From: the human T2T-CHM13v2.0 reference genome, Homo sapiens | Strand: one strand, 5' to 3' | Length of the DNA stretch: 64,000 nucleotides | Assembly (NCBI RefSeq): GCF_009914755.1 | Contig: NC_060934.1 | Part shown: one piece after another, positions 1-23,398 of the stretch | Position numbering within the stretch: the first letter of the stretch is position 1 | Layout: each line of letters begins with the position of its first letter | Notes under the pieces: model-generated | What the model saw: only the letters and a program-made list of their open reading frames with translations | The model's database searches: none | What the model was told of the DNA's origin: nothing | Program-made: the position numbers and the translations under genes

Positions 1-396
<396 letters not shown>

Positions 397-1454
397 TCAT
401 GGTAATGTACATAATCACGCAATCATTAATCACATACAAGTTCAGGGATTTCAGAAGTAATGTTAGACTAGGCATTTAGCCCTTTGGTCTTCTAGAGCCC
501 TGTCTTTTGGCTGAATTGTGAGGGGAAATTTAATCCATTGCTAGTACATTTCGTAACTGATTAATAACCAATCACCTATTAATGGCCTTTGGATTTTTCC
601 TTTTTCTTGAGATGGAGTCTCACTGTCTCCTAGGCTGGAGTGCAGTGGTGAGATTGTAGCTCACTTGCAGCACTGAACTCCTGGGCTGAAGCAATCCTCC
701 TGCCTCAGCCTCCCAAAGTGCTGGGATTACGGGCGTGAGCCACCATGCCCAGCCTCCTTTTTTTCTTTTTACAAACTCAATCTCTCTCTTATATGAATAT
801 TTTATGTATTAGTATATTTGAAATATTTGAAAAACTGTAAAACAAATATTCTCTACAGGCTGACAAAGGATACAAAAAGAATTATGAACATTTTGCAATT
901 AATCACCTGACCTGAAGAGCTTGCTAAAGGGGATCCTACCTGCAGTACCAATTCACTTTTCTCTAATTCTAGATGATGAAACCCCTTAATAAGCTGACTT
1001 ATCCTAAACATCTTCCACAAACAGTGTTTGTCTCCTCCTGGATCAACCCTGAATAATGCCTGAGCAAAGCAGGAATTTCTCCTCATTTCTAGCTATATTT
1101 AAATTATCTGACTTCTCTAGAAAAATGGAACAAAACTCAAACTGGCAGCTCTGTAGCTCATTTTTTGTAATCCCATACTTAAAAGTAAGATAATGAGCCA
1201 AATCTTCTCTTTTGTTTAGTCATTTAATTTCTCATCCTGTTACCCCTGTCCTTTTTGTAAGACATTTAACCCCAGAAAACTGAATAGGATGGAATGATTT
1301 CCTCAGGTAATGGGAGATATCTGTAAAAGAGCAGAGATAAGGGCATTTGTTAATTAGTTAATTTAATTTTTATAAATTGAATTTTTCAGATTATATATTG
1401 ATCAAGCTATCCAAATAATAATTGCCTCTCAAGTTTGGTTTTGGCGGGTTTATT

Positions 1455-2455
<1,001 letters not shown>

Positions 2456-2534
2456 TGAATTTTTAAAAACTGGTTCATTCAAATGTATGTGGTTATTAAA
2501 GTACTTCTGGATGGGGCTATAATAAATATAGCTT

Positions 2535-2880
2535 ATATTAGTTTCCTAGGGCTGCCATAACAAAGTGCCAAAACCAGGGTGGCTTAAAACAACAGGAATT
2601 ATTGTTTCACAGTTCTGGAAGCTAGAAGTTTGAAATCAGGATATCAATAGGGCCGTAATGTCTCTGGCAACTCTAGGGGAGAATACTTCCTTACCTCGTC
2701 TAGCTTCTGGTGTTTGCCTGCAATCTTTGGCATTTCTTGACTTACAGCTGCATCACTCCAGTCACATAGCATCTTTTCCTTGTGTATTTTCACCTTGTAT
2801 TCCCTCTGTGCATGTCTGTCTTTGTCTCCAAAGACAAAGACACCTTTTGTAAGTACACCAGTCATACTGCATTGGGACAC
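2535..2880. mobile_element. MaLR (MLT1-type) LTR fragment
   Basis: tattagtttcctagggctgccataacaaagtgcca...ggtggcttaaaacaacag...cacagttctggaagctagaag is the typical MLT1 end. Confidence 0.75.
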
Positions 2881-3347
2881 AGCGTGATTTTTTTTTTTTT
2901 AATGAGAAATTAACATTTATCTGCCTTCAAGTGTTTATCCTATACGTGTTTTAAGGTACTATACATTTAAATGTAGAAGTGTTACATTTCTGCAACCAGG
3001 TAGTCCTAGGTCTAAAAGAATTTCCAGAAGTACCTATGGCATCCTTAACTTGGTACAAATATGCAGTTGTTTGTTTTAGGGAGTGGCATCTTTAATTCTG
3101 TTAAGGTGGTAAACTTTTCATAGCTTTGGAATGAAAATGAGCATTTGTCATTAGCTTTAAATTTCTTGGACACCAGTATTTATCCAGTTGATAAGTAACT
3201 CTTTTTCTGCATTCCATATATGGTGACTAATCTCAGCCTTAATACTTAGAATTTTAAACCTTTCATTAGGGTGTTCTAGACACTGAATAAACTTTACTAA
3301 AGTTGGAAAGTATATTTTTCACTAATCTAACAAAAATTAAATTTTAG

Positions 3348-4345
3348 CAGGCTCTAAGCAGAATAAATTCCCTGAAAAAAGAAAAAGGAACTCTGTGGAC
3401 TCAGATCTGAAAAGCACAAGAGAATCTATGATACCAAAAGCAAGAGAGTCCTTCCTTGAGAAGCGTCCTGATGGACCACATCAGAAAGAAAAATTTATAA
3501 AACATATTGCACTGAAGACACCTGGTGATGTGTTGCGCTTAGAAGATATATCCAAGGAACCGAGTGATGAAACTGATGGCTCTTCTGCAGGCTTGGCACC
3601 TTCAAATTCTGGCAATTCTGGCCACCATTCTACCAGGAATAGTGACCAAATCCAAGTGGCAGGTACCAAGGAGACTAAGATGCAGAAACCCCACTTACCT
3701 TTATCTCAGGAAAAGTCTGCAATTAAAAAAGCTAGCAACCTTCAGAAAAATAAAACCGCTAGCTCCACGACAAAGGAGAAGGAGACAAAACTACCTTTAC
3801 TTTCCCGTGTTCCAAGTGCTGGTTCCTCTCTAGTACCATTAAATGCTAAAAATTGTGCTCTTCCAGTTTCTAAAAAAGATAAAGAGCGTTCCTCATCTAA
3901 AGAATGTTCTGGGCATTCTACAGAATCCACCAAACACAAGGAACACAAAGCAAAGACTAATAAGGCCGATTCTAATGTATCTTCAGGGAAAATTTCTGGG
4001 GGACCTTTGCGCTCAGAATATGGCACTCCTACAAAGTCTCCCCCTGCTGCTTTGGAAGTTGTGCCATGTATCCCAAGCCCTGCAGCACCTTCAGATAAAG
4101 CCCCTTCAGAAGGAGAGAGTTCAGGAAATTCCAATGCAGGTAGCAGTGCACTGAAAAGAAAACTAAGGGGTGATTTTGATAGTGATGAAGAAAGTTTAGG
4201 TTACAACCTAGACAGTGATGAGGAAGAGGAAACATTAAAGTCACTGGAAGAAATAATGGCTTTGAACTTCAATCAGACTCCTGCAGCTACAGGAAAGCCT
4301 CCTGCTCTTTCCAAGGGGCTTAGATCTCAGTCATCAGACTATACA
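3348..4345 (+). CDS. SLF2: SLF2 (SMC5/6 complex localisation factor 2, FAM178A) large internal exon (exon 5 by count back from a 20-exon model); low-complexity Ser/Lys-rich region
   Basis: Acceptor ttttagcag (NAGNAG, start 3348 or 3351); open frame [10 protein letters not shown]...SQSSDYT matches ORF 3395..4378; donor ACA|gtaagt at 4346; contains KRKLR (NLS-like) and two DSDEE acidic motifs. Confidence 0.93.
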
Positions 4346-4528
4346 GTAAGTAGTTCTGTGACGTTTATCTTTACTTGAAGAGGGAAAGATGATTAATTAG
4401 TGAAAGGGGTGGATTATCGGAACTTACTTTAAAATTTAGTATTTATTATAACTCATATTTGTACTGAAAATGGAATAATTCTTGTTTGGTAAATGAGTTT
4501 CCATATCTTTAGTTTTATTACTGTAAGT

Positions 4529-4841
4529 CAGTGGTCTCCAAACTCTTTTGATCACACACACTTAACAATTTTTGAGCATGTACCCCAACATATATGTATA
4601 CCTTTAGATTATATATATGTACCACTGTAATACTGTGTACTTTCTAAAGCATATGCAAAAACAGAATTTAAAAGGAAGAAGAAGAGAAAAATAAGTATTT
4701 TCCTGTAGAAGTGACGTAGAAGTTACTATAGACTAAGTTCTACTGGAGTCTCTATAGAAGTTCCATATAAATAGAAGTTCTATTATTTTCTTCCTGCACC
4801 CCAATGGATCACCTTGCACACCCCCTGCTTTGGAGACCACA
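4529..4841. mobile_element. hAT-Charlie-type MER with terminal inverted repeats
   Basis: cagtggtctccaaa ... tttggagaccac inverted termini. Confidence 0.6.
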
Positions 4842-5321
4842 TCTGTAAATGAAGGTAGAGTGTAGAAATGTTGTTGATTGTGGTGTGCAATTTTATTTAT
4901 AAAGTGCTTCATTCTATCTTGGGAATAAGCTGAATTAAATTCTAAGATGTCTGTAAAATTTGGTGGGGAAGGTGTTAATATTCCATGGTAACACCTAAAA
5001 ATTAGTAGTTTGATTCTACTAAAATAGAATTTAAAAGTAAAGACAGGGTAGCCACAGAGTCCTTGAGTGTTTGCAGTCACATCTCAAAGTTAGCAGGGTT
5101 TTATAAGTACTGCCTTTCCTAATAGGTAGTAAAATCAAATTGTCTGCAGTGCAAAATACTAGATTTAAAGCATGATGGTGAAAATTATCCTTTAAGAAAG
5201 GTGTTATCCTGGCCCAGATTATTGAAATAGAAAATAGTCTTTCGTACCCTTAATTACTTAAAACATCCCAGTTCTTCTACTAAGACATGTGGTAAAGTAT
5301 TTCTAAATGTTCTTGTTTTAG

Positions 5322-5392
5322 GGACATGTTCATCCTGGAACTTACACAAATACCTTAGAACGTCTAGTGAAGGAAATGGAAGACACACAAAG
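5322..5392 (+). CDS. SLF2: SLF2 exon 6
   Basis: ttttag|GGACAT...CAAAG|gtttgt; [24 protein letters not shown]; phase 0 to 2 fits neighbours. Confidence 0.92.
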
Positions 5393-5536
5393 GTTTGTTA
5401 GCATAAAGATTAATTTGCTAAATTTAACATTTTGCTTGTTTGTGTGGCTTACTTTTAATTTACCTTTTTTAAAAAATCATGAGAAATTAGCGTGCATTTT
5501 GGACTCTGTTGTCAACTGTGTTAGAATAAGATATGT

Positions 5537-6422
<886 letters not shown>

Positions 6423-6464
6423 CTAGATCGAAAGCATGGGTAGAATTTTTTGTGTTTTTTTAAT

Positions 6465-7320
6465 GGAAAATACATATAAAATTTACCATTTTAACCATTT
6501 TTACATGTACAGTTCAGTGGCATTAAGTAAATTTATATGTTGTGCAACCATTATCACCATCTAGCTACAGAACTTTTTCATCTTTCCAAACTGAAACTCC
6601 ATACCCTTTAAACAATAACTCCCCATTTTCCTCTTCCTCCCACCCTCAGCAACTACCCTTCTACTTTGTCTCTATGAAATTGACTGTGTTTTAGTTATCT
6701 CATGTAAGTGGTATTATATTTGTCCTTTTACGACTGTTTATTTCATTCAGGGCAGTGTCTTCAGAGTTCATTCATATAGTAGCATGTGTCAGAATTTCCG
6801 TTCTTTATAAAGCTGATTATTCCATTGTATTATGTATATAACACATTTTCTTTAGTCATCTGTCAGTGGACCTTTGGATTGCTTCCACTTTTTGGCTACT
6901 GTGAATAATGCTGCTATGAACATGGGTATACAAATATCTCTTCAAGTCTCTCCTTTAGATTCTGTTGGGCATATACACGTAAGTGGACTTACTGGATTAT
7001 ATGGTAATTCCGTTTAATTTTTTGAGGAACCGCCACACTGTTTTCCACAATGGCTGCACCATTGCACATTTGCACCAACAATTAATAAGGGTTCCAGTTT
7101 CTCCACATCTTTGCCAACACATTATTTTATCTTTGTTTTTTGTTTGTTTTGATAATAGCCATCCTAACAGTAAAGTGGTATCTCCTTATTGTTTGGTTTG
7201 CCTTCCCTAATGACTAATGATGTTAACATATTTTCATGTGCTTATTGGCCATTTGTTATACAAATGGAGAAATGTCTTTTCAGATTCTTTGCCTGTTTTT
7301 AATTGGCTTGTTTGGTGGGT
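6465..7320 (-). mobile_element. Old L1 (L1M) 3' fragment
   Basis: gtgaataatgctgctatgaacatg, tttttgaggaaccgccacactgttttccac, ttttcatgtgcttattggccatt are L1 3'-end signatures. Confidence 0.8.
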
Positions 7321-7404
7321 GGGGCGGTTCACACAGGTAGAATTTTCTGAAATATTTCTATCAAGTTACTCTTTTGAGGAAAAAGTTTAGAATTATGATG
7401 AACA

Positions 7405-7435
<31 letters not shown>

Positions 7436-7443
7436 ACACACAC

Positions 7444-7479
<36 letters not shown>
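7405..7479. repeat. Compound microsatellite C17-(CA)n-(GA)n
   Basis: Directly visible. Confidence 0.95.
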
Positions 7480-7995
7480 AAAGTTGAGGATCATAATGAT
7501 CTTAATGAAATTTATGTGACTAATTATGGACAGGTTTTGCTAATAAGAGGGGAAAAATATATTCCTTGTTAATTCAAGGAGTGTCCTTGAACCTAGCCTG
7601 GAGAACTTCACTAACAGCTCAGCTGACTTGATTACATGGAAGTTGGTATGTGCTACATATCTCAAACTTGATAACCAAGTAGCTAACTTTAGGAATTTTT
7701 CAGATGATTAGTAGTTCAAAAGCTTCCCCCTTTCTGAATTTAATTAGAGAACTTGTCTGTATTTAAAATTCTTTAAATATTTCATGAATTCTTGTGATCT
7801 GTGATATGAAATCTGAAGTTCCTCCTTTAAAATTGAGCACTTCACAAATGAAAGACAGTAGTACTAGTTTAATTGAATGATTGACCCTTTTCTATAATGA
7901 TAGAACAGTACATTTACTAGTTATTTACTCCTCAGCTGTACTTATCCACTGTTTGTGGCTGGGGTAAGGACCTTGTTTAAAATAACTTAATCTTG

Positions 7996-8225
7996 GAGAG
8001 GCAGTATAAGCAAGGACTCTAGAGCTAGACTCTCTCGCTATGAATCCCACATCCTTGCATTACAAGCTCTTGCAAGTTACTTTGCTTTTCTAATGTTGGT
8101 TTTCTTATCTATAAAATGCGTTATAAACTACTACATGGAGTTGTTGTAAGGGTTAAAAGAGTTAATATATAAAGCCCTTAGTGCAGTGCCTGTCACATAT
8201 TAAGTGCTCGGTAAATGTTAGGTGT
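7996..8225 (+). mobile_element. MIR SINE
   Basis: ttttcttatctataaaatg...gttgttgtaagggttaaa...cagtgcctgtcacatattaagtgctcggtaaatg MIR core. Confidence 0.72.
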
Positions 8226-8691
8226 TGTGATGATGATGACAGTGACAACTACTGCTGCTAGAAAGCCTAGTTAACTTATCAGGTTGTTGGGCATCTAGAA
8301 CCCAGTGAACTTTAAAGAGTAGAGAGGATAATCAAATTAGTGATGTTTATTCTTTGCCATTTTTCCTTTCCCATTCTGTGAGTGGTTTGGACAGATCATT
8401 CTTGAAGTTCTAGCTTTATGGAAATCCTCAAGTCTTTTATGCAGTGGAACACTATTCTAATGCCACACTGGTAACTGGGTAAAAGCCTAGCACCTGAAAT
8501 ATATCTGTTTTCATGAAAATTGTACGTCGTGATGTATTTGGGAGACATAATTTGACCGATAGTATAACAAAATTTGTTATATACCAGGGTACTTAATAAG
8601 GGTTTTCTTTGTGCTGCTTTTAGATATAAACTAAAGACTTTTTAAAAATATTTTTAGAGTAAACTGTTATAACATTCTTTCCAATTCTCAG

Positions 8692-8814
8692 GCTAGATGA
8701 ACTGCAGAAGCAACTACAAGAAGACATAAGGCAAGGCCGAGGCATTAAATCCCCAATCAGAATTGGAGAAGAAGACAGTACAGATGATGAGGATGGCCTC
8801 TTAGAAGAGCACAA
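8692..8814 (+). CDS. SLF2: SLF2 exon 7
   Basis: ttctcag|GCTAGAT...CACAA|gtatag; [40 protein letters not shown]. Confidence 0.92.
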
Positions 8815-9204
8815 GTATAGCATTTTTCATAATGTATTTTACCTTATTAAAGTTTTTACATTTTTTAGTTTTGTTTTTGTAAAATAAATGGGCCATTGAT
8901 GGCTGTTAGTGAATAATTTATGATAGGTTTCTGTCTGTAATGGGTTTGAAAGGCAAATGTTAGGGCCAGGTTTCATCTTTTATCTTTTCTCCTGGTTATT
9001 GTTTCTTTTCACATAGACACATTTAGTGGCTTTTGACTAACAACTACAAAAAGTGGAAGAAGCAAAGCATACTTTTCTCATGCTAGTCTTCTAATTTGGG
9101 ATTAACATTGGCTTAAAAAATGGTTTTCTTTGCACCCAGCTTTTAAATACAAAACTATATGTAGTGTAACAATTTGGTATTGATTGACTTTTTTTATGTT
9201 TCAG

Positions 9205-9372
9205 GGAATTTCTAAAGAAATTTTCAGTTACAATTGATGCTATTCCTGATCATCATCCAGGTGAAGAAATATTTAATTTCCTCAATTCTGGAAAAATTTT
9301 CAATCAGTATACCTTGGATTTAAGAGACTCTGGTTTTATTGGACAAAGTGCTGTAGAAAAACTTATTCTTAA
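9205..9372 (+). CDS. SLF2: SLF2 exon 8
   Basis: tttcag|GGAATTT...CTTAA|gtaagt; [23 protein letters not shown]...VEKLIL. Confidence 0.93.
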
Positions 9373-10350
9373 GTAAGTAGAAAAATAGACATTTTACTTT
9401 TATATGTATAAAAAATTACTCTAAAACACTTCTGACTCACGTAATCTTCTAAAAGGTTAATTTCTATTATGACCTATTAAGTTTCCTAATCCTCTTATTA
9501 CTATTGATCTTTATGTTTTCTTCTTTAATTATAGGAAGCAGTGTAGGATAGTTGTTTGACACATCTCATGCCTTTATTAATTATGATTAAGATCAGTGTA
9601 TAATAACAGTGATTGTCAAAATAATAGTGGTTTAAACAAGAAGTATATTTGAAAGAAGTATAAAAGCAGGAAGTCCAGGGCTGGAGTGCCAGTTTTACCA
9701 TATAATCTTTCTTCTCCACCATTCTTAGCACCTAGCTTCGGGTGCTGTTCTAGCTCCAGCCTTTAGTTCAAATTCCCAGAAATTCCACACAGCATTCCCA
9801 CACACTAAGTTAGTTGAATAGAAAACTTAGTCAATATGACCACACTTGGCCACAAGGGAAGCCAGAGAGTGATGTTTATTTCAGGCAGCCAGTGTTTGCA
9901 GCTACAGATCAGGGTTCAGTTACCAAGAAGAAAGGCAAAAATAGATGCTGGGATGTGCAACTAGTAATCTCCACCACAGTGCCCAAACTGATCTAATTTC
10001 TCTCAGTGCATGATATCTCAGCTCTAGAGAGATCACATCAGTTCTGCTGCCAATTTTTTAAAGTACTTCCCCAGTCTGAGACTTGATAGGCTCTTTCTCA
10101 ACACTACCAGCAAATGTAGCTTTGTCTGCCAGTTAAATGTGGAGCCTAGCCAACAGATTGGATCAGCTTTAGGCCATCAATTAAATTTATTTTATGAGTA
10201 ACTCATCCATATTGGTATAGAGTCCACCTCTATGGACTGAAGACAGTTTGCTTGCTCATTTCTCTGATTATGTCAGATGTGTTGGTGGTGATAGTAGAAG
10301 TATTTTGCCATGAAGTTAATAGCCATGTTGATTTTACTTTATTTTTTCAG

Positions 10351-10453
10351 ATCGGGAAAAACAGATCAGATTTTTTTGACAACACAAGGTTTCCTTACGT
10401 CTGCTTATCACTATGTCCAGTGTCCTGTCCCTGTGTTAAAGTGGCTGTTTCGG
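10351..10453 (+). CDS. SLF2: SLF2 exon 9
   Basis: ttttttcag|ATCGGG...TTTCGG|gtaaga; [34 protein letters not shown]. Confidence 0.92.
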
Positions 10454-11086
10454 GTAAGAGGAATGTTTAGAGGGTTATAGTTGCCTCCTACTATATTTCT
10501 AAGTCAAAAGCTTTTAAACATAATTTTATTTGCACATTACTGCAGAAAAAATTAATGTAGCACATCCATGATGTCAGTGGCTTAGAATGTAGCAAAAAGA
10601 GTCAATATAAAGAGATTATGAAGAAAGGGATAATGTAGATAGTTGTACAGGACAGTCAGTGTTAGTTGTGCCTGAACCCTTCACCACAGTGATAAATCAC
10701 TATTATAGTTAGTTTTAGAAGGGATCTTCTAATGCTTACATACCTAAATTTCTTTTTAACCTTTTTTCATGTTTATGGTGGTACCTATATACATTTTCAG
10801 AATTTTAATTGTATGCTAATATTTCCCCATTCGTATATATGGTTTTTTTTTTGGATGCAAATCCAACCAAGTGTTTCTTTTCCCCATTCATATTTAACGC
10901 TTAAATCCACTTAAATAATTATCTTAAATTTAAGATATGATAATTCCAGAAAGTTAACTCAATTGGTAACTTTTTAAATATCAGTGGTATCATTGATGCT
11001 TATGTATGGAGTTCTGGTGTTACTCTAGATACTTCGGACCTTCATGCAGATAAATGTAGAAGTTTCTTACTCTTGACATTTGTATC

Positions 11087-11645
11087 AGCCAGGAGTGGTG
11101 GCTCATGCCTGCAATCCCAGCACTTTGGGAGGCCGAGGCAGGTGGATCATGAGGTCAGGAGCTGGAGATCAGCCTAGCCAACATGGTGAAACCCTGTCTC
11201 TACTAAAAATACAAAAATTAGCCAGGTGTGGTGGTGGGCACTTGTAATCCCAGCTACTCAGGAGGCTGAGGCTGGAGAATTGCTTGAACCCAGGAGGTGG
11301 AGTTTACAGTGAGCCAAGATTGCTCCATTGTACTGCAGCCTGGGGGACAGAGTGAGACTCTGTCTCAAAAAAAAAAAAGACATTTATATGGGAGGGCATG
11401 GATGGGGCTTTTTCCAGTATAAAAGCTTCTGTATCAACAAGTACTATAGTAACTACTCAGTTAGATTGGAATTATGCTTCTTTCAAAGACGAGAACGATT
11501 ATGAATGACAAGTTATTCTTCGCAGTGGCTCATGCCTGTAATTCTAGCACTTTGGGATACCAAGGCAGGAGGATTACTTGAGACCAGGAGTTTGAGATCA
11601 GCCTGGGCAACATAGCAAGACCACATCTGTTTAAAAAAAAAAAAA
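11087..11645 (+). mobile_element. Alu (11087-11378) and Alu monomer (11520-11645)
   Basis: Alu consensus. Confidence 0.88.
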
Positions 11646-12067
11646 TTATTCTCAGGTTACTGAGTGTTCCACTTTAATAAAATCCTAAATGTGTGAAAAA
11701 TATACATTCAGGAAAAAGGAATCGTAGTATAAAAGAGTCCTTTATAATATGTGAGTATTGGCCCCAGAAATCCTATAACAAAAAGGAAAAAAGTATCAAT
11801 GGTGTCAGAGAACTACAGCTATTATATATAAAGTGAAAAGTGGGAAAAACATGGAGTTTCTACTCTGGGTTTTATGATAGCATTTCAAGAAATCTCGTAT
11901 TTGGTGAGAACTGGAGAGATATTCCAGTACAGACTTTCGTTCATTGTTTTATATAGTTGGCATTTTGAGTGCCAGCTGTGCCAGGCACTGGAGAGAACAG
12001 CAATGAAAAAATCAGTGTCTCTGATCTCATGAAGCCCACATGCTAATGTAGAGGAGACAAACAATAA

Positions 12068-12102
<35 letters not shown>

Positions 12103-12115
12103 CGCGCGCGCACAT
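12068..12115. repeat. (TG)n(CG)8 alternating purine-pyrimidine tract
   Basis: Directly visible. Confidence 0.95.
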
Positions 12116-13039
12116 TTGTAAATGTATTGTGTCAGATGATAAGTGCTATGAAGAAAACGTAGGGTAAGGTAGATACAGAGAGTACCGGGGTGAGAGAGAA
12201 AGTTTGCTTTTTTAAAGTGTAAAGTAGTTGAAGGTCTTGCGGTTAAGGTAAGATCCAAGTAAAGGAGTAGCTTGTCAATGTCACTCCTAAAGTGTTCCCT
12301 CACTGCCTCCACTAAAGATACGTGGACACATGCTCCAGATAAGGTCTGTCTTACCAGCAGTTTTCAGTGAGACTCTTGCCCATCTGAAGAAACCTACAAA
12401 TTTCTACTTATTATAGTTCAAAACTAATCATGCCACTGTACTCCAGCCTGGGGAACAGAGAAAGACCCCATATCAAAAAAACAAACAAAAAATTTCCTTT
12501 ACTGTTATGCCAGGGCTTCATTATTCTCTAATTGTGTATATCATTTCTTAAACCTCCAAGTAAGACTTTGCATTTATCTATGTTAATTTGCCTCTTGTTG
12601 ATGTGGGCCCATTGTTATAGCCATTCAAACCCTAATTATGACATACAAGCATACCTTCATTTAAGCAGTTTTTTAATACATTTCATATTTATTTTCTGAA
12701 AACCAGACTAATCATTCATTAAACACTTTCCCTGTGTAAGACACTGTCTCATTTCTCCTTTTTTGATTCCAAGTCCGTTTTCATCGTGGGAGGCTTTACC
12801 AACTTGTAAGTAGTTTTTAGAAATTATGTCAATTCATTTTAATGCTATACTCCTAACCAGTATTTTGTAAGTTTAATGTTAAAATGTAATTAAAATCCTT
12901 GCATTTTTGTGATTTTATCATGAGTGTCTAAATGTAGTAGACCAGAAAAAGGTTAGTACTTTTTTTTTTTAACAATTTTCAAAAGGAATTCAGGTTTGAT
13001 TATGAAAAGTTCAAGTAAAATGGAAAGGAGATTAAAATT

Positions 13040-17283
<4,244 letters not shown>

Positions 17284-17967
17284 CAAAAGTCTTTAATAAT
17301 GAAATGGAACTTCAGTTAAACAACGAGTATCTGAATTTTCTTACTTGCATTGAGAAAAAGAATATAAGATCTTGCAAGTGGAAACCCTCACTTACTGTTT
17401 ACCAAATCATGGCTTACTTTGCTTGATAAGTGGAAATGGTTCCAAACTTACTTAGCCAATTAAGTTTAATTGGCTTATTGGTAAGCAACAGTATTATACT
17501 GATAATACAGTAAGGCATATTGAAAGCATCCACTGTAAAAGTGTAACATTTGCTTTCTCATCTTTGAGAGCCCTTATAATAAAACAAGCATAGTGGTTTA
17601 CCTGTTTCATCTGTCCTGGGGATTGGGACTATAAAGGCAATGAAGATGATAAAAAGTCTTCCTGTGTTATTGATAGTTGGGATTTTATCAGTGGTATTTC
17701 CAGCCATTTTAAAATGTGTTACTTCCTTCTGAGTTACACCCTTTTATCCATCACTCTCAGATATTTTCTTTATGTCATTTTCTTATTTTATTTGGGAATC
17801 TGTAATTCCTATGATCATCCTATAACTGTATTGTTAGCATAAAATTAGCAGCTGTCATTTCTATAAAACCATTGTAATTATTCATGTTTCACCTGCAGAC
17901 TGTCACCTTGCAAATGTGGGTTTGTAGACCACAGATTTAGAATGAAATGTTTTCTTCTGTTAATTAG

Positions 17968-18109
17968 ATACCTTCAGTGACTCACCAGTTTGGCCATGGA
18001 TCCCATCATTGTCTGATGTAGCAGCTGTGTTTTTCAATATGGGGATTGATTTTAGATCTTTGTTTCCCCTGGAGAATCTTCAGCCAGACTTTAATGAAGA
18101 CTATCTAGT
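17968..18109 (+). CDS. SLF2: SLF2 exon 11
   Basis: taattag|ATACC...CTAGT|gtaagt; [47 protein letters not shown]. Confidence 0.92.
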
Positions 18110-18610
18110 GTAAGTTTTCTCATCATAATTAACGCCAAAAATATCATTTCGTACGACTTATATATAATTATAGCTAAAGTTTAATATTTATTTCTGATTT
18201 TTAAAAAGATCTCTCAAAGTTGAGATCAATCTTGAATTAGATACATTTTTAACATGTCTTAATCTAAAAGCCATCATCATGTTTAGCAGGCAAATAATAG
18301 AAATATTCTCATAAAAGTTTTGTTTTCTTTTTTAAAAGACTTTCCTTTGTTATTTAACATTGTTTTGGTGGAAGTATTGGCCAAAGTAATTAGACAAGAG
18401 AAAAAAAACAAGAGATACAAAAATTGGAAAGGAGTTGCTGAAAGATTATTTGTAGATGTGAGTTAATCTAGACATAGAAGCCTAAGACTCAGGTGAAAAA
18501 CTATGACAAATAACTAAGAAAATTTGGTGTGGGTGTCTGGGTATAAAATTAGTAAAGAGAAATCAATAACCTTCAAATATCTGAAGTGTAACTAGTTAAA
18601 AGATACACTG

Positions 18611-20512
<1,902 letters not shown>

Positions 20513-21399
20513 ATCACTTTTCTTTTTTTAACCAGGACTCACAGCTTACCCATTTTTGCTGGTGTGTATATGCATATTCATCATGGCAAGTTCTCTATAC
20601 AAATAGTAGATGTAGAGTGAAAATGTTTGCAGATTGTCAGAGTAAATATTTAGATAGAGAAAATTCAGATATTAAGGGATACTAGTACAATTCTTTTCTT
20701 GACCATTATTCTGCTAGATACATAGACTTAAAATTTAAGTCTAAATACATTCTAACCTCCTTCAATTCTGTATCCCTTCAATTCTCACATCCCTATGTTC
20801 CTTTTCCTCCACCTATGTCATATCTATTCATTCCTTTTCATTTCCTGAGTCAGTCTAATTCAGATTCTCTTTTCATGCCTAGCCTGGCAAAAAAATCTTT
20901 CTTCCAGGGCCTTTCCACCTGCAAGGTATTATTTTCACTGTTGCAGGAACTCGCTCTCTACTATTCTCAAACCTTTATACCCTATATTTAAGACTTTACG
21001 ATTTTACCCTGACCTGTTTTCTGTTTTGTTGTCGGCTTTCTAATCAAATTGATCTGCCTGCTGTCCCTCCACACCATAATGACTAGCCCTTATATAGTGT
21101 TTGCTGTGTGCCAGACTCTGTTCTAAGGGCTTCACATAGTACCTCACTTAGTAGTTACTACAAATACTAGTAAGATTTTCATTTCCATTTTACAAGTAAG
21201 GTCAGCACGGAGAGGTTAAGTAACTTGCCCAAGGTTATACAACTAGGAAGGGGCGCAAAGAAGTACTAAGCAGCTATTTTGAAAAACAAGTTCTTCACAT
21301 GTAGCTGTGGAAGTATCTCCAAGATACATTGCTAAGTGAGAAAAGGAAGCTGCAAAGGTATGTAATATACTAACATTTGTATTAAAGGTGGAGGGGGAG

Positions 21400-22658
<1,259 letters not shown>

Positions 22659-23398
22659 TGGGACATATATTCATATTTGTTTGTTTATACATAAAATGCC
22701 AATGGAAGGAAGGACTAAAACTTGTAGTAATTATCTTAGGAAGGAAACGAGTGGTTATAAAGAACGGAGCTAGGAGGGCAGTTTATCACAGCATACTGTA
22801 CCTTAATATATTTTGATTTTTTAAAACCATATAAAAGTATTATTTTTTCAAAAAATTAAAAATGTTATCTATCTTTTGAAAGCTAAGTTCATGCATCTCC
22901 TTTTTCATGAATCTTCACTGATAACCTCTGATAACTAGAGTGCTTTGAATTGTTTCTGTATATTGCTATAGCAGTTTCTTTAGGCCATTTATGAGTCTTT
23001 TACCTATTATGAATTCTTTTTAGTCAGAGCCATCTTCTACATAGCTCTCTAACACCAACAGCAATGAGGATAGTACCATATAAAAAGTAGCTTGTTCAAG
23101 AGAAAACTGATGCATAATGATAGAAATCATTAGTGTTTGCCTTGAGTCAGGGATAGCAGATTGACTTGGATTTGGCATAAAGAGACTTTTGAGGGGAATG
23201 GAAATGTTCTATTTCTTGATTTGGATGGTGGTTACATTAGTATATATGATTATCAAAACTTAAAATGGGTACATTCCTTTTATTGTATGTAAATTATACC
23301 TCGATAAAACATAGTTTTTAAAAAGTAGCCCAGAATTTCTTAAAGTGAGTTATATATTTTGTGCCTAACTTCACATTGCTTTACTCACTTCTCAATAG

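Noticed and set aside
3742-4134. 130-aa antisense ORF in SLF2 exon 5
   Set aside because: Shadow ORF of the sense coding exon; no splice or promoter evidence
4700-4790. Recurring TAGAAGTT motifs suggesting a spaced-repeat array
   Set aside because: Only 3-4 short irregular copies inside a MER element; not CRISPR-like, and the DNA is mammalian
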